Shown: positions 14,761-28,784 of the stretch, piece by piece
Layout: the number at the start of each line of letters is the position of its first letter
Numbering within the stretch: position 1 is the first letter of the stretch
Source of the DNA: Camelus dromedarius
Lineage: Eukaryota
Assembly (NCBI RefSeq): GCF_036321535.1
Contig: NC_087437.1
Span: 43,898,001 to 43,962,000 of the forward strand
Direction: 5' to 3'
DNA length: 64,000 bases
Notes under the pieces: model-generated
What the model saw: the letters and a program-made list of their open reading frames with translations, nothing else
The model's database searches: none
What the model was told of the DNA's origin: nothing
Program-made: the position numbers and the translations under genes

Positions 14761-14914
14761 ACAATTACACTTATAGATTTCTACCTAAAATATGCATAAC
14801 TCACTTTCTCCTTCTACTTCTTCAGTAGAATTGGGACTTTGTGGTTAGTTCTTTACTACTTGGCTATATGACTGTTGAATTTAAAGCCCAAGGTTTTCCT
14901 ATTTAGGGATCAAT

Positions 14915-14999
14915 TTGCTTAATAATTCTTATATTAATTAAGAATTAATTAATATAAGAATTATTAATTAATTAATTAATTGCTTAATAATTCTTATAT
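14915..14999. repeat. perfect 23-bp inverted repeat flanked by 20-bp direct repeats
   Basis: Arms 14919-14941 and 14945-14967, loop GAA; ttgcttaataattcttatat at 14915-14934 and 14980-14999. Confidence 0.95.
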
Positions 15000-15269
15000 C
15001 ATAAAAGATTATAATTAGTAGAAATATGTGATTGCTTTGTCTGATTTTTAAAGTTGTTAGCTTTGGTGTTAATTTGGTGCAACAATGGCCAGATAGTACA
15101 GGGGGAAATCTGGTTAAGTATCTTAAGGAAAATTCTCTGCTGTGAAATTTGCAAGTTTAGCCACAGTCACTAAAGTTATATATACATTGTATGATCAAAA
15201 TTATGTAGTAAGTTTTTCTTGGAGAGGGGGAATGTGCAAGAAAAAGGTAGATATGCATTTCAGCCATGT

Positions 15270-15500
15270 ATTCATCCATGGATTCATTTATTCATTGATG
15301 TAATGCATATTTACTAGATGCCTATCATGTGCCAAACACTGTGCCAGGCAGCACATATACAAGGTTGAACAAAATAGGATGAACTCTAGGAGATCATTGT
15401 CTCGTAGAAGAGATGGACATTAAAGAAGCAGACATGTAAATAAAAATATTATAAAAATTTGAAGTAAGTGCTATGAGGAGGAATTGTGTGTGAAATGTGA
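15270..15500 (-). mobile_element. L2 3' end
   Basis: ttcatt...catatttactagatgcctatcatgtgccaaacactgtgccagg, the reverse of the L2 tail. Confidence 0.7.
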
Positions 15501-16599
15501 GAGTCCTGTGGGTGGAGATACTTGTGATTTGTAAGGTATATATTTACTTTGGGGTTTGATCACTGTGAGGAGAATGTGGAGTTATACCTTTAACATTTGT
15601 ATAAAGTCTGTGCTCTTCTAAATGGCAGAGTATTTTTGAGTTCCATAAAAATTAATATATAAGCATGTGACATGGAAGTCATTATATAATACATAGTTTC
15701 AAGTAGTTTTGTGATCATATACATTTACTGTTGAATGCATAACAGTTAGGCTGAGAGATCTTTACTTACTTACATTAAACTTCTTTACTATTCTCACCTA
15801 ATTTTAAGCTTAAACAAACATTCAGGGAATGTGGCCATTCTGTAGTTTGGTTAATCACTTAATATCTTTACTGCTATCCTTTCAATAGAACTTGTTACAT
15901 ACAATATATCTATCATAAGATTTAAATGATAGCTTGTTCCATATCCTAAAAAAAACCAAGTAATTATGTTCTCATTTTATTGGTATGCCATTGCCTTTAC
16001 AGTTATAGTCAAAAGCATTCTGCAGTGTGGAATATAATATAATCTTAATCTGGAGAGACAGGTTTATTTATTTTTTTTCTACTAAAGAAATCTGAAATGC
16101 CTGTCATAAAGAAATTATAAAAACATTTGAGCAGATATTAAACATTACAGAGAGCTTTACGATAAATGCTCACATTTTTCTTGGTGACTCCTGTATAATT
16201 TAGCTCATGATCAGATCATAAGTCTGAATAAAACAAAATAAAGTATCTAGATGCCTAAGTATATATAATGTAACATATTTGATTAGAAAAATCTGAATAA
16301 TGGTGCATTAAAAAAAACTTTATTCTTTGCTCTTATTTTTAAAGCAAACATTTGGGATTTAAAAACACATTTTCAAAGAAATAGTTATTTGAGAAATGTT
16401 AGAAGATTATAAACAAATGTTAGAGTTTACTTATAATGATATAAAAATTGTATTTATTAATCTGCCAGCAGATGTCAAATATAAATAAAAGCAATTATTG
16501 GAAAGACTGAACTCAAAGTATGCAGAGACTAGAAGGGCTAATTGCATTTATATCATTTGTCAACCAAGGATATTTGTCAGTTTGCATGAGGTAGTGTGG

Positions 16600-17870
16600 C
16601 TAGAACCTAAGAATAAGATTGTGTAAATTCTGCCAGATCCTTGATTGACCTCTGGATTCTACATAGAAGGCTATGCTCCAGAAGATACGGTAGAAAGCAA
16701 CAGCTGGAAGATTAAAGGAACTTTGCAGAGATTTCAGATGTTGCTCAATGCAAGGAAAAAAAGAGTTTTAATTTAGCAAAGTTAACTATCTGCCAGAATA
16801 TAAATCAACCTCTTTTAAGGATAATAATAGAATTCAGAGTTTATAATGTATTTTTCACAATATACACCACAAAATAAAAATTTGCAAGATGTGTAGAAAC
16901 AGGAAAATATTAGGTGTAATCAAGAGAAAAACCATACATAGAAGTTGACTCTCAGATGAACCAGGTGTTGAGATTAGCTGAAAAGATTTTTAAAGCAGCA
17001 CTTATGATTATATAGAAGGGTTTAAAAAAATAAACTCCTAATGAGTGAAGACATAGTTTCTATTTCTCTGCTATGATTCTCTGTGTTTTTATAGTGGAAA
17101 TTTTAGAACTAGAATACAAAATGAAAAATCCACTGAATGGGCCCAAGAGCAGCTTAGGAATGCAGAAAAATGGTCAACAAATGTGAAGATAAATCATCAG
17201 GAATTATCCAATCTGAGGGACAAAGAGAATAAAAAGAACAGATTTTCAATGACCTGTGGAACTATTGTTAAGGGTCCAACATATGTGTTATTTGTTGTCT
17301 CAGAAAAGGGGGAAATAAATAATGGGACATAAAAAGTATTTGAAAATATACTGGAACCAAAAGTCTCAAATTTTGTGAAAATAATTGATTTTCAGATCCA
17401 AGTAGTTCAGGGCATCCTAACAGTATAGGTAACATAAGGTATACCACACCTAGGCACATCATTGACTAACTCCTGAAAACGAATATAAAAGGATTTTGAA
17501 AATAGCTAGAGAAAAACATCACATTATGTAAGGGGAAATGTGACAAATTATTGCTGACCTGTCATCTGAAACAAAGGAGGACAGCAGACATCTATCAAAC
17601 ACAGAAAGAAAAAAATCTGTGAACCTCAGTTTTGTATCAAGGGAAAATGTTCTTTGAAGGTGAAACAAAGATATTTTCTCATAAAAAAAGATTGAATGGG
17701 TTTGTCAAGAGCAGATCTTCACTATAATGAATGTTAAAGGAAATTCTTCAGGCTGAGGAAAATAACAGATGGTAACTTTGATATACAGGAAGAAATGAAA
17801 TGTATCAGAAATGGTAACTATGAAAGTAAATATAAAATATATTTATTCTTCTCTTCATTTCTTTAACAGT
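16600..17870 (+). mobile_element. old L1M (or HAL1) 5'/ORF1 region
   Basis: A-rich ORF1-like motifs: gacctgtggaac, aaagtatttgaaaatata, cagatccaag, ccacacctaggcacatcat (TPRHII), aatgttaaaggaaattcttcaggctga. Confidence 0.75.
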
Positions 17871-17929
17871 CATGTGAAAGCATAAGGCAGTCTCTTTATA
17901 ATTTAAGTTTAGTCAGGGTACCAAAGCCA

Positions 17930-18220
17930 TCAACATTAATTATATAAATAAAGTTTCATCAAAACTGAAAATTCCAGTTATCCAACGACCCCATTTATAG
18001 TGAATAGGTAAACTTTGAACTAGGAAAAAAATGTTCACAATGTTCGAATTATATACTTGACAGAGGATTTGTTATCCAACTGAAAAAAAGATAATTTAAA
18101 AAAATCAGCAAAAGATACAAACCTATACTTCACAAAGAAAATTATGCACATACGCACATATAAATAAATAAAATCAATTGTCAGGGAAGTAAGTTTCAAA
18201 TCATAACAGTAAAAAACAAT
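17930..18220 (+). mobile_element. old L1 ORF2 3' fragment
   Basis: ttcatcaaaactgaaaatt; tgacagaggatttgttatcca; cagcaaaagat..cttcacaaagaaaat. Confidence 0.5.
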
Positions 18221-19669
18221 ACAAAACAATAAAAAGCAAAGACAAGTAATAAGAATGTTGAACAGCTTTCTAGATACAGTTTTGCAAAAAATCATCACAG
18301 TGACTAGGTACACACACGTGAACATTTTTAATCTCACGTGTACTGCATGGTAAGTCACTGCTCAGATCTGTAGATGGCTGCATGACCTCCTCTTACGCAG
18401 ACAAGGTTTGCTTTGCTGAGGCTAGACAGTCCATATTCTCTACTCTATTTTGTGATAATATGTCTACTGAGAGGAAAAAATAAATTCTTTTTTTTTCTCT
18501 TAAAGATGGTGAACATTCCCAGATATCTTAAAGCCAATTAGTTTGAAAATACACACTTATATACCAAGGTGTAAATTAGTTGCCCTTCTGCCCACATAAC
18601 TTAAAGAAAGCAGAGGGATGAGTCAGCTTTGTGTTTCTCAGGAACATCAGGGGGCTTGAGGGCTGAGAGGATGGAGCACTTAATGCCATTTGTAAGTTTT
18701 TCTGATTGTCACAGATTTGTCCTGGCTGTGTAAGGAGCTAACCTGTGTGGAAGTCAATTTGCAAATCATGCTAATCCTGAAAAAAATGAATTCTGAGAAA
18801 CTTCAGAACTGGCACCTGAATTAATCAGTTTTCAGTGTTACTGTTAAACTAATTTAAGACCAGACTCATGATTGAGAAGTAAAAGTAAAAAATTAAAATT
18901 ATAGCACCGACCATCTCTATATTGGTTTTCATTCTTTCAAGATGTATGCCACACATTTGATCTATATCTAGTAATTTTAAACATTAAAATGTCAGTTTTT
19001 AAGCACGTTTTTACTCTTATGAGGATAGTGCTGAACTCTGAATAATTCACATTAACTTTGTTTTTGCCATAGTGGTGATGCCCTTTATCTATTTTTTGGA
19101 AAAATACTATATTTATCCTTAGTTTTAAGGTATATTACCTTTAAGAGATAGTTAATCTTGATGGGTGACTCTGAGACAGCTAATATATATTTTCTCTTTA
19201 AGCAAGTAAAATCCAAAGAATCAAAATGTTAAATTTTAGATATTAAATCTAATTTATGCACAGATCATTTCTTTATTTTCTGAAATAATTATTTTTACAG
19301 TTAGTACTGAATTCATCAAGTGGATAAGTGAGACAACTTTTATATCATTGGACTTTAAAAAATTTATTGTTTTAAATCATTGATGGATCTTTAACACTTT
19401 TTCTACAAAAAAAATGTAAAGATATAAACACAAATTGCAGAAATGTATTAACAGAAAAGATTCATTTTCCAAAACATTTTCTGGAGTAGTCATGATAACA
19501 AAAAGTTACACTCTTAAACATTTGTAAATTTTTTCATGTGGAAAGGCTTTTAGTTCTTAATAATTGCTATTTTCCTCTCAAAATTATGTCAAAAATATTT
19601 CCAAGATGAGAAACAAATACATGGCTTATTTTAGTGGTTTTCATTAGGAAATACACTTAACTTTCTAAA

Positions 19670-21050
19670 AACAAATCTATGGCAGAATAGTTGTCATGTA
19701 ATAAACTACACACAAACTGTATAATTTGTGAAGTTTTGGCTCATGTATACATCTGTGAAATCATCACCACAGTGAAGGGAATGACTGTGTTCATCACTCT
19801 TTTTAATCCTTCTCTCTGTTACTCCTGTCCTACCCTCTTGTTCCCAGGCAACCACTGATCTGTTTTGTGTCTCTATAGTATTCTCATTCTTTCTCTCTCT
19901 CTCTTTTGCTTCTTTTATGCCACGTAATTTTTAAATTATTTTGAGGTTCATACATGTTGTAGTGTATTTCAATACTTTTCCTTCCTATTCCTGAAAGTGT
20001 TACATTGTGTATATATTCCACAATGTGTTTATCCATTCACCTATTGAGAGCCATTTGAGTTGTTTTCAGATTTGGGTCATGAATGTTTGAGTACAGGAGT
20101 TTTATATGATCATACGCGATCATACACTTCCATTTCTCTTGGGGAAATACTTGAGTGCAATGGTTGTATTATTTGGTAGGTGTATTTTGACTTTTTAAGA
20201 AACTGTGAATTTCTACCAGCTATATATGTAAGAGTTCGATTTTCTCCATATCTTCACCTGAGTATTTTTAATTTTGTCCATTTTGATAGTGGCAGTGGTG
20301 TCTTGTTGTTGTTTTCATTTGCATTCCCCTAATGAGGATGTTGTTGAGCACCTTTTCACGTGCTTATTTGCCATGTGTGTATTTTCTTTGGTGAAGTGTG
20401 TAAATAGTTTTGCCCATTTAAAAACTGTGTGCATTTTCTTATTATTGACCTTTGAGGATTCTTGTATTCTGGATGGAAGTACTTTCTCAGGTATATAAGT
20501 ATTTTATCCTGGCCTATGACATGTCTTTAATCATTCTTTTAAAGTGTCTTTCAAAGACCACAAGTCTTTCCTTTTGTTGAGATCTAGGATCTACTTTGAA
20601 TTTCTATATATGGTAAAAGTTACTGATCAAGTTCATTTTTTTGCATATGGATATACAATTGTATATTTATATGGTAAAAGATCCATTTCTCCACTGAATT
20701 GCCTTTTCCCTTTTGTCAAAAATAATTTGTCCATATATTTGTGGGTCAACTTCTGACCTATTCTCTTCCACTTTTCTATTTTTCAATTTTGATGCTAATA
20801 AACAGAATCTTGATTATTGTAGCTTATAACAAGTCTTGAAATCATGGAATGTTAGTCCTAAAATTCTTTTTTCCCAAAGAAATTGGCTCTTGTAGGTCCT
20901 TTAGAATCAGTTTGTCAATTTCTACAAAATATCTCCTGAGATTTTTATTGGAGTTATACCAAATCTATTTATCTATTTGAGAAAAACTGCATTTTAGCAA
21001 TGTTGAATCTTCTAAACCATGAGCATAGTCTATTTATTTATGTCTTTTTT
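19670..21050 (-). mobile_element. L1MB/L1ME-type 3' end and ORF2
   Basis: caggcaaccactgatctg; tttatccattcacctattga; tttgcattcccctaatga; agaatcagtttgtcaatttctaca. Confidence 0.85.
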
Positions 21051-21094
21051 TAATGTAAACTGAGATTACATCTGGTAAATTTATTATTTTAATA

Positions 21095-21655
21095 CATTAA
21101 AATACTGAAGTATAGTCAGTTTACAATGTGTCAATTTCTGGTGTACAGCATAATGTTTCACTCTTATGTATGAATATATGTATAACATATATTCATTTTC
21201 ATATTCTTTTTCATTATAGGTTACTACAAGATATTGAATATAGTTTCCTGTGCTATACAGAAGAAGCTTGTTTATCTATTTTGTATATAGTAGTATTTGC
21301 AAATCTCAAACTCCCAATTTATCCCTTCCCACCTGCTTTCTCCCCGATAACCATAAGTTTGTTAACTATGTCTGTGCGTTTGTTTCTGTTTTGTAGGTAA
21401 ATTCATTAGTGTCTTCTATTTTCTTTTCTTTTCTTTTCTTTTTTTTTAGATTCCACATATGAGTGATACATGGTATTTTTCTTTCTCTTTCTGGCTTACT
21501 TCATTAGAATGATGATCTCCAGGTTGGTCCATGTTGCTGCAAATGGCATTATTTCATTCTTTTTTATAGCTGAGTAGTATTCCATTGAAGAAATATACCA
21601 CAGTTTCTTTAGCTAGAGATCTGTTGATGGACATTTAGTCGTCTGTCAGTGGACT
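21095..21655 (-). mobile_element. younger lineage-specific L1 3' end (cetartiodactyl/camelid-like)
   Basis: gaagtatagtcagtttacaatg...caagatattgaatatagtttcctgtgctatacag...ccatgttgctgcaaatggcattatttcattc; appears well preserved. Confidence 0.85.
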
Positions 21656-21680
21656 TTGTTTCTTAGATCAGTTTTAGGTT

Positions 21681-22225
21681 TGTTGTGGGAGGAAGTTTCC
21701 CCTCTACTCTTTTTGAGTTCTGGTGGCTAGAAATCGACACAAGACAGATTAACAGGAAGAGCAGAAACAAATTTAATTCGTGCACATGGAGATCTCATAG
21801 AAATAGGACCTGAGAAGTTGCCAAAGCAGGCAGCTTTTATGTTTTTTAGAGAAAGAAACAATAAATTTGAGAGGAATTGGCAGGACAAAGGAACTAAGGT
21901 TTAGATGATTAATTAGTAGAAAGATAGCAAAGTTTGGACTTGGGTAGATTAGTGAAGAAGTAACAAGGTGTGTTTATGTAGGCTTTTTGGCCCTGAAGTC
22001 CCCATGTTTCTGGTGATACAGATTATCTTTCTACCATTACCTTACCCGTGCCTCCCATAGAGACAGGGTACCTCTCACATGGAAGATTTATTTCCTGCCT
22101 TCAGGGAGACAGAGAAGAGGGCCAAAGTGTCCCTCCTGAATCAGCCATTTCTGAAGTAACTGTAATTAAAACAATCAATATACCGCTGAGGCGTATTTTG
22201 GTGTGGTTCACCCTGGACCCCGACA
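21681..22225 (-). mobile_element. ERV1-type solo LTR nested in an L1MC-like fragment
   Basis: TG..CA termini (tgttg...cgaca), imperfect 4-bp TSD ggtt/gttt; interrupts L1 'cagttttaggtt|catagcaaaattgagcagaaagta'. Confidence 0.75.
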
Positions 22226-22319
22226 GTTTCATAGCAAAATTGAGCAGAAAGTATAGAATTCCCTTGTATCCTCTTGCCCAAGCACTGCCTCTCACACTGT
22301 CAACATCACCATAACTTTT

Positions 22320-22720
22320 TAATCGGTTTCTTTTTGTATTTCTTTCTTGTATTTCTTGTGCACTGGCCATTATTTCTGCAAATATTTTTTCTGTTTCATC
22401 TCTCTCCTCTCCTTTGAGAAATCCCATTTTATGTGTATTAGGCCACATCCCACAGCTTGCTGATGTTCTATTCATAACTTTAAAAGAAAAATCCTCTTTT
22501 CTCTTTGTGTTTAATTTTGGAATTTTTTCTGTGGCTATGTCTTCAGGTTACTAAAATTTTCTCCAGCAGTGGCTAATCTACCATTAATTTCAATGATTGT
22601 GTATTTTCACCTCACACATTGTAGTTTTCATTTTTAGATATTTGATTTAGGTCTTTTTGTTTATCTCCCAGGTCACTTTAACTTCAAAAATACTTAAGAA
22701 TTTTAAATGTGATTGCAGAT
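22320..22720 (-). mobile_element. L1 ORF1 fragment
   Basis: ORF 22101-22475 contains 'GEERDETEKIFAEIMA', an L1 ORF1p-like motif. Confidence 0.7.
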
Positions 22721-23664
22721 ACTGTTATATCTCTACTGTTTCTGAGAAATTGAACCTTATGTTTTACAGGGGAAAGGATTACTTTCACCTGTAGTATATG
22801 TGTTTTCAATTCACAATAAATTTTCTTTCCAGTAAGAAAATAAAGGACTCTTGCAGGGCTCATAAAAGTTAATCTCATTTAGGTTCAAAATACTTTAATA
22901 AAAAATCAAGAATTAAAATCAAAATACATTGATACTGATAGAACTATTTATCTAGAAGTACAATAGGTAAGAACTACATATTAAAAGTACAAGATTAGAG
23001 TGATTCTTGTTTATTCCTACTTTTCTATTTTTTTCTATTGTATTTGTATGTTTGTCGACTTTTTTCCTCCCATTTTAGAGATCTGAATGGAAGGGTGTTC
23101 ATAATTGGAAGGGATTTAGGAATAGTGCTTGCTGTAGTCACCAAATAATAAATTTTGTTAGCTCCTTTGCATTGTATGTTTTTTTTTATCATCAATGAAC
23201 AGATACGTGAGAATTTAGGAAGTGAGTGATGGCACAACAGAACAATGAAGACAAAGATATGATAACAAAAGATAAATAAAATTGTAACCTATTGGAATTT
23301 GGAATAACCAGAAAATACTTAGCCTTATTATGTTTGAGAATATTTTTAACACTCAAATTATTTATAAGAAGTTAACTTTTTGGTGATAATTGCTCATTCT
23401 CTTTGAAAAATCCACAATTAAGACACTTTTTGTGGGAATTTTTCTTAAGAGGCATGATTGTTCGAGTTTAACTGCATAAAAAGTGTGACAAATAAATTAT
23501 TTTATGTAGGCTTTCTTTGAAAAAGGGAAATTTTTCTACTTGAGACATTAAAAATTTATATCATTTCTCCTTCCAGTTAAAATACTAAACAATTTCATTA
23601 CTTTTACCTCTATTAATTTGACAACTGTAATAGTGTAAGTGAAATTTACTAAAATGAAAAGTGA

Positions 23665-24147
23665 TTTACGTCAGAGTGTTCTGCCTGTGTTTCCTCCAAG
23701 AATTTTAAAGCATCTGGTCTTACATTTAGGTTTCTAATCTATTTTGATTTTATTTAATAAAAAAGAATGAAATTTTGCCATTTGAAGCAAAATGGATGAA
23801 CTTGGAGGGCATTGTACTAAGTGAAATAAGTGAGACGAAGAAAGACAAAAACTGTCTGATGTCACTTATATGTGGAATCTAAAAAAATACAACAACTAGT
23901 GAATATAACAAAGAAGCAGACTTGCAGATATAGAGAACAAACTAGTGATTACCAGTGAGGAGAGTGTAGGAGGGAGGGGCAGTTTAGGGGTGGGGGAGTG
24001 GGAGGTATAAACTACTGGGTGTAAGACAGGCTCAAGGATGTATTGTACAGCACAGGGAATATAGCCAATATTTGTAATGCCTGTAAATGCAAAGTAAACT
24101 TCAAAAATTGTATTAAAAATTTAAAAATTGAAAAAAAGCTGAAAAAA
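23665..24147 (+). mobile_element. 5'-truncated, 5'-inverted L1
   Basis: About 23665-23755 antisense L1 ORF2-like, then sense 3' end with G-rich tract and A tail; TSD taaaat(g/a)aaaagtga at 23650-23664 and 24148-24162. Confidence 0.88.
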
Positions 24148-27100
24148 TAAAATAAAAAGTGAGCTTTTGAAGGGATATAACTAATTTTTTTCATATTTTT
24201 ATTTAATTCCATCTAGCATTATAATTCCGAAAGGATAATTAATTTTCTTTGCTTTTCTCACTTTTACCCCACTGGTTTTTAGAAGGAATTCTGACTCATG
24301 GTAGAAGATGAGGCTTTTAAAAATCATGTTTATTGTTTTCTTTTTTTTCCTCCTGTCTGTCTCTGTTCTCTTAGATTTAGAAGAGGAAGAGAGAGTAGGA
24401 GAGAGAGGGAGAAAGGGAGACAGAGGAAAAAAGAGGATTAGGTGGACGAGGCATATATTAAGGCTCTAAAGGAGGAGTACTTAAAAATAAAAATAAACAA
24501 AAAAACAGGAAATATTTCTTTTTTAAAAGATAAAAGAATTAGTCATCTTAGGAAAAAGCAAAACTTACTTGGATTTTCCATGGTCATTTTTTTTTTTTTC
24601 CATGCTTGTATCAAATGAAAGAACCTCCATTGTGGGAGACAGAATGGGTCCGAGAAGCTCTCCAGTCCTTTGGTCCTTTTGCACATTAGTAGACTATGGG
24701 GATGCCCTCAAAGAATTCCAAGCCAGGAGATAAGAGAGGAGGTATATTTACTCATACTCTTATCTGAACTCCTTGTGTGCTGGAAGTTAAGGCTTTCCTT
24801 ACTGTGTGTTATAGGTCAGTTTTTTCCTAGGCTTTCTCTTTCATTAAGTGATACTTAATAGTTTTCAAAGCTAAACCAATACAATAACTTCCCCTTTATA
24901 GTTTTTACACAATACTTTGTAGCACTTACTGACCTGGAGTTGGAATCCACTATAAAGTGTTATGGAGGCAAGGCATCTGAGGGGTAAAGAAACACCACCT
25001 CTAACAGAAATAAAACACTAAACATGTCTCTATGCCTATGACAAAACACATTTATTAAGCATGTTATTAAGAACATTTATTAAGTTATGTGCTACGGACC
25101 ATGCAAGGTGACATGATATATAAATGAGATAATCTACCAATGCTGCCTTGATCTGTCTGTCCAATAATCATCCAGTTAATTACAGTTTCTGTCTCTTTCC
25201 TTCCCCAGTCATACATATATCCTAAGAGATTTGAATTGACCAATTAATTTGCTTTTGCTTATTTTACTTCATTTATCATCTGTTTAGCATGTGCAAACAT
25301 TAAAATTATATCTTTTAAAATATTATCCCATATGCTGATACTCTAACATAGATTGTCCCTTTTGACACCATCTTCCCTTTTGACACTTTACATGAAATTT
25401 AATATGATTTTGCTGAATTTCTGAGTAATCAGCTAACTAATGATTCTAACTTTCATGTTTAGGGGGGCCTAGCAATGACTTTTAAAAGTATGGAAGAAAA
25501 TATTCTTTCTTTCATTGATTCTTACATTCCTTCTGTTTCTGTTAGCATCGTTTGCCTACTCCCTGGCTTTTTACTCAGCCTTTAAAATTCAGAGGGAATG
25601 ATTTCTAGGCATCATTTCTTATGTGCAGTTTTTGATATCACCCACATCACAGCTGCCCATTAAATGAATTTGCTTTTCCCTGACTCTGAGAAAAAGCACT
25701 ATCTGACTCAAACAACTTGTGTGTCAGAAGTCAGGACTACTCACAAATGTGGCATTCTTCCAGGCAGGGACTTTACAGAGATGGAATTAATACCTGGTCA
25801 CGTCATTAACAGGGGAGCACCTGATCAGATTTTGTTCATGATCTAGGAACACTATGTCAATGATGGGCAGTAGAGTCAATACCTGGCTTTTAAATACACT
25901 GCATAAGAGACTCCAGAAATCAAAATCTTATATCTCAAATCTCAGGTTAGACAGAATTGAATTGGAGACCCCAATGCATAATTTAAGTTTTGAAGACAAG
26001 TGTTGAGGATTAGATATTGTGCAGTGCTGATAAACTACTTACTTCTTGCCTGGGCTAGTTTCGTTTGGTATATTTCTAAGTATAAGGACTCTTGTCCCCC
26101 AGACATCTTAAAGGAATTGTTTAGCCTTAGAAAAAAGCATCTCTTTCTCACATATCCCAAAACCCATTTTATAAATATACAGAAGAGATATTTTATAATT
26201 AAAAAGTGACAATATCTTAATAAGATTTACTCAAGTTTTATAATTGTAGGAGTTTTGATTTGATATAAATTTGAGGTTATTAGCATACAACTGAACTGTG
26301 TAATGATTAAGCATACCAGTTATAATATAATATATAACAGTTACTAAGACTAGTTACATACAAAGTTACAAAGTTTTTACTTTTTGCTATTTTCTATACA
26401 AACAAGAAGGCAAATTTCTGTAACTTGTTCTAAATGAGGATGAAGGAAAGATAGACCTCAATAATAATGAAAATGAAGTTTAGACTATATGCAAAGGGCA
26501 ATGGGAAGGGAGAGGAAGGTTGTGGAGGCCAGAACAAAGTGGTAGTTTAAAAGAAACAAGTCAGACTTGTTTAAATGTAAGTGAGTAAAGCCTTATGTTT
26601 GTGCCCTCCATCAATGTCCCCTGTATGAAAGTGAGAGCAAACAGTTTTAAGTGCATAATCCATTTGAGTTTACTGTTCAGTCTTCTGCATTGCAAATATA
26701 TCAGTATTTAAAATGTAAAAGTTTTTCCATGTAATTCAACTTAACAATTATCAAGGAGTTACTTGTACATAAAAGGACACACATTGTATGTGTTCTGAGT
26801 GATAAGAGGTCAAGTCTAAATGGCTGTTTACTTGAAAGGCTTATAAGCTCATAGGATTCATTTTGATGAGTGCTCCATCCTTATACCTCTGGCCCATAGT
26901 CCTGTCAGTGTCCTAGTGTTGATTTTATCAGATACTCAGACTCACGCCAGTCACATGCCTAATGAAAAAAGTGTATGAGGCAAACTTGCAATTTGTTTAT
27001 TGTGTTAAGATGGAGGCTATAATCTTTTTTCTGGGAAACTTCTTCCTTGGTATTGGTTTATCCAGAAAGTCCAATAAATGCTCAGAAGGCTTCCTGGGAA

Positions 27101-27159
27101 TTAAAGAGTTTGGGTAAAGGTGTGCAAGTTTTCTTGTCTTGTTTTAATTTAATTGTTTT

Positions 27160-27900
27160 TTTTTTTTTCATACTTTCAGAATAAGTAAAATATTTACATG
27201 GTTTACAAATCAAACAATACAAAGAGGTGTAGAACTAAATGTCTGCTTCCACCAGTCCCTCATCTATCTAGTCCCTCAGTCACTGCCATGATGACATTTT
27301 TACCTATTTTTTCCCTTGGTTTTTAACGCATAACAAGCAAATAGAAATATATATTCTTACTGTACTGGTATGGCAGCATACTACAGACTGTATTCCATTC
27401 CTTATATTTATCTTTTAACAACGAACCTTGAAGACATTTTTTCATTTCTAAATAGAAAGTGGCATTATTTTTAAGAGCAGCATAATATTCCATTGTATGT
27501 TAATTTGATCAGTACCTGTTGCTGGGTATTTGAGTTGTTTCCAGCCTTTTACTGTGACAAAAAATTTTGTTCATGTATCATTTAGTACATTTCAAGTGTA
27601 TCAGTAACATAAATCCCCAGAGATAGGATTTTTGGGTTGAAGTATATTGTGGTTTTGATAGTTATTGCCAAACTTCCTCTCTGTGGTTGTGCTAATTTAT
27701 ACTATTCCAAGAAATATGTAAGATGTTTTTTGTCATCCCATAGCCAAAGCGTTTAAGTGTATGGTCAAATCTGGTATTTTTGTCAATTGGTGTATATGGA
27801 AACAATATATTAATATAGATGACAACTGCATTTTTCTAAGTGAGGTTGTATGCCTTTTCATATATTACCTTTTCATATATTTTAGAGACACTTATTTTCC
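27160..27900 (-). mobile_element. L1ME-type 3' fragment
   Basis: cagcataatattccattgtatg; tttgagttgtttccagcc; ttttgatagttattgccaaac. Confidence 0.7.
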
Positions 27901-28697
27901 TTCTAGTTATTTGGTAGATAATTTTGTGTGTATTTCACACAGTTTGAATGAGGCCTGAAGAATTTTCCCTGCCAACAATTGAACAGACTTGTCTGGTAAC
28001 ATAAATGTATCTTTCCTAAGGACTTATTTTTAGGTGGACAATTCTGGGTATATGTTCTCCCTTTTGAGTGTTTCGACTGCTCACTCTTAATGCTGTAGGG
28101 CAGTTGACCCGGTATCTTTATGTTCACGGTTAATTTTTCCCAAATAGGGGCAGTAGAATATTTCTGCTTCTGAATTAAAATCAGGTTATTATACCCAAAT
28201 GTCTTGACTGATTTCTGTTTATTTCTAAATTCCTCATGGCTAACTTTATCATTATGTCTGGATTTACTAGTTTTAACTCTGAAAGGACAAATTTGCTCTT
28301 ATATTTAAAGTATTGACAAGGAAGGGAACACTTCACTATTGCTGCCTGCTGCCACCAATGCTTTTATATGCAAGCATAATAGTTTTTTTCAGTCTTTTAG
28401 ATTAAATATACATTAGATATTTTAAATCTAAAAATTTTTGTTTATAAATAAAATGATATGGCTTGACTTCCATTATTAATTACCAAGATGTGTTGATCTT
28501 TTACCATCTCCCCCCAGTTTGTTCTGCTCCTCTAACTGTCCTTGGGTTAATTAACCAAAATCAAGAAAGTGGTATAAGAAACAAAGTCTGTTCTATCTTC
28601 TTTATTTTTTCTAGTTGAGAGAGTATGCATATTATATAGTCTAATTTTTTCCAATACTTTCTTAATTATATTATAGAGCAGTTACTTTCATTCATAC

Positions 28698-28700
28698 CTA

Positions 28701-28740
<40 letters not shown>

Positions 28741-28744
28741 TCTA
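28698..28744. repeat. (TCTG)n(TCTA)n compound microsatellite
   Basis: Read directly. Confidence 0.95.
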
Positions 28745-28784
28745 TATCTTCTTGGCACTTCTTTCTTTCTCTTCCTAAAATGTA

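Noticed and set aside
22048..22475. Overlapping ORFs of 88 and 124 aa
   Set aside because: Chance frames spanning the LTR/L1 junction; only a short ORF1p remnant is meaningful
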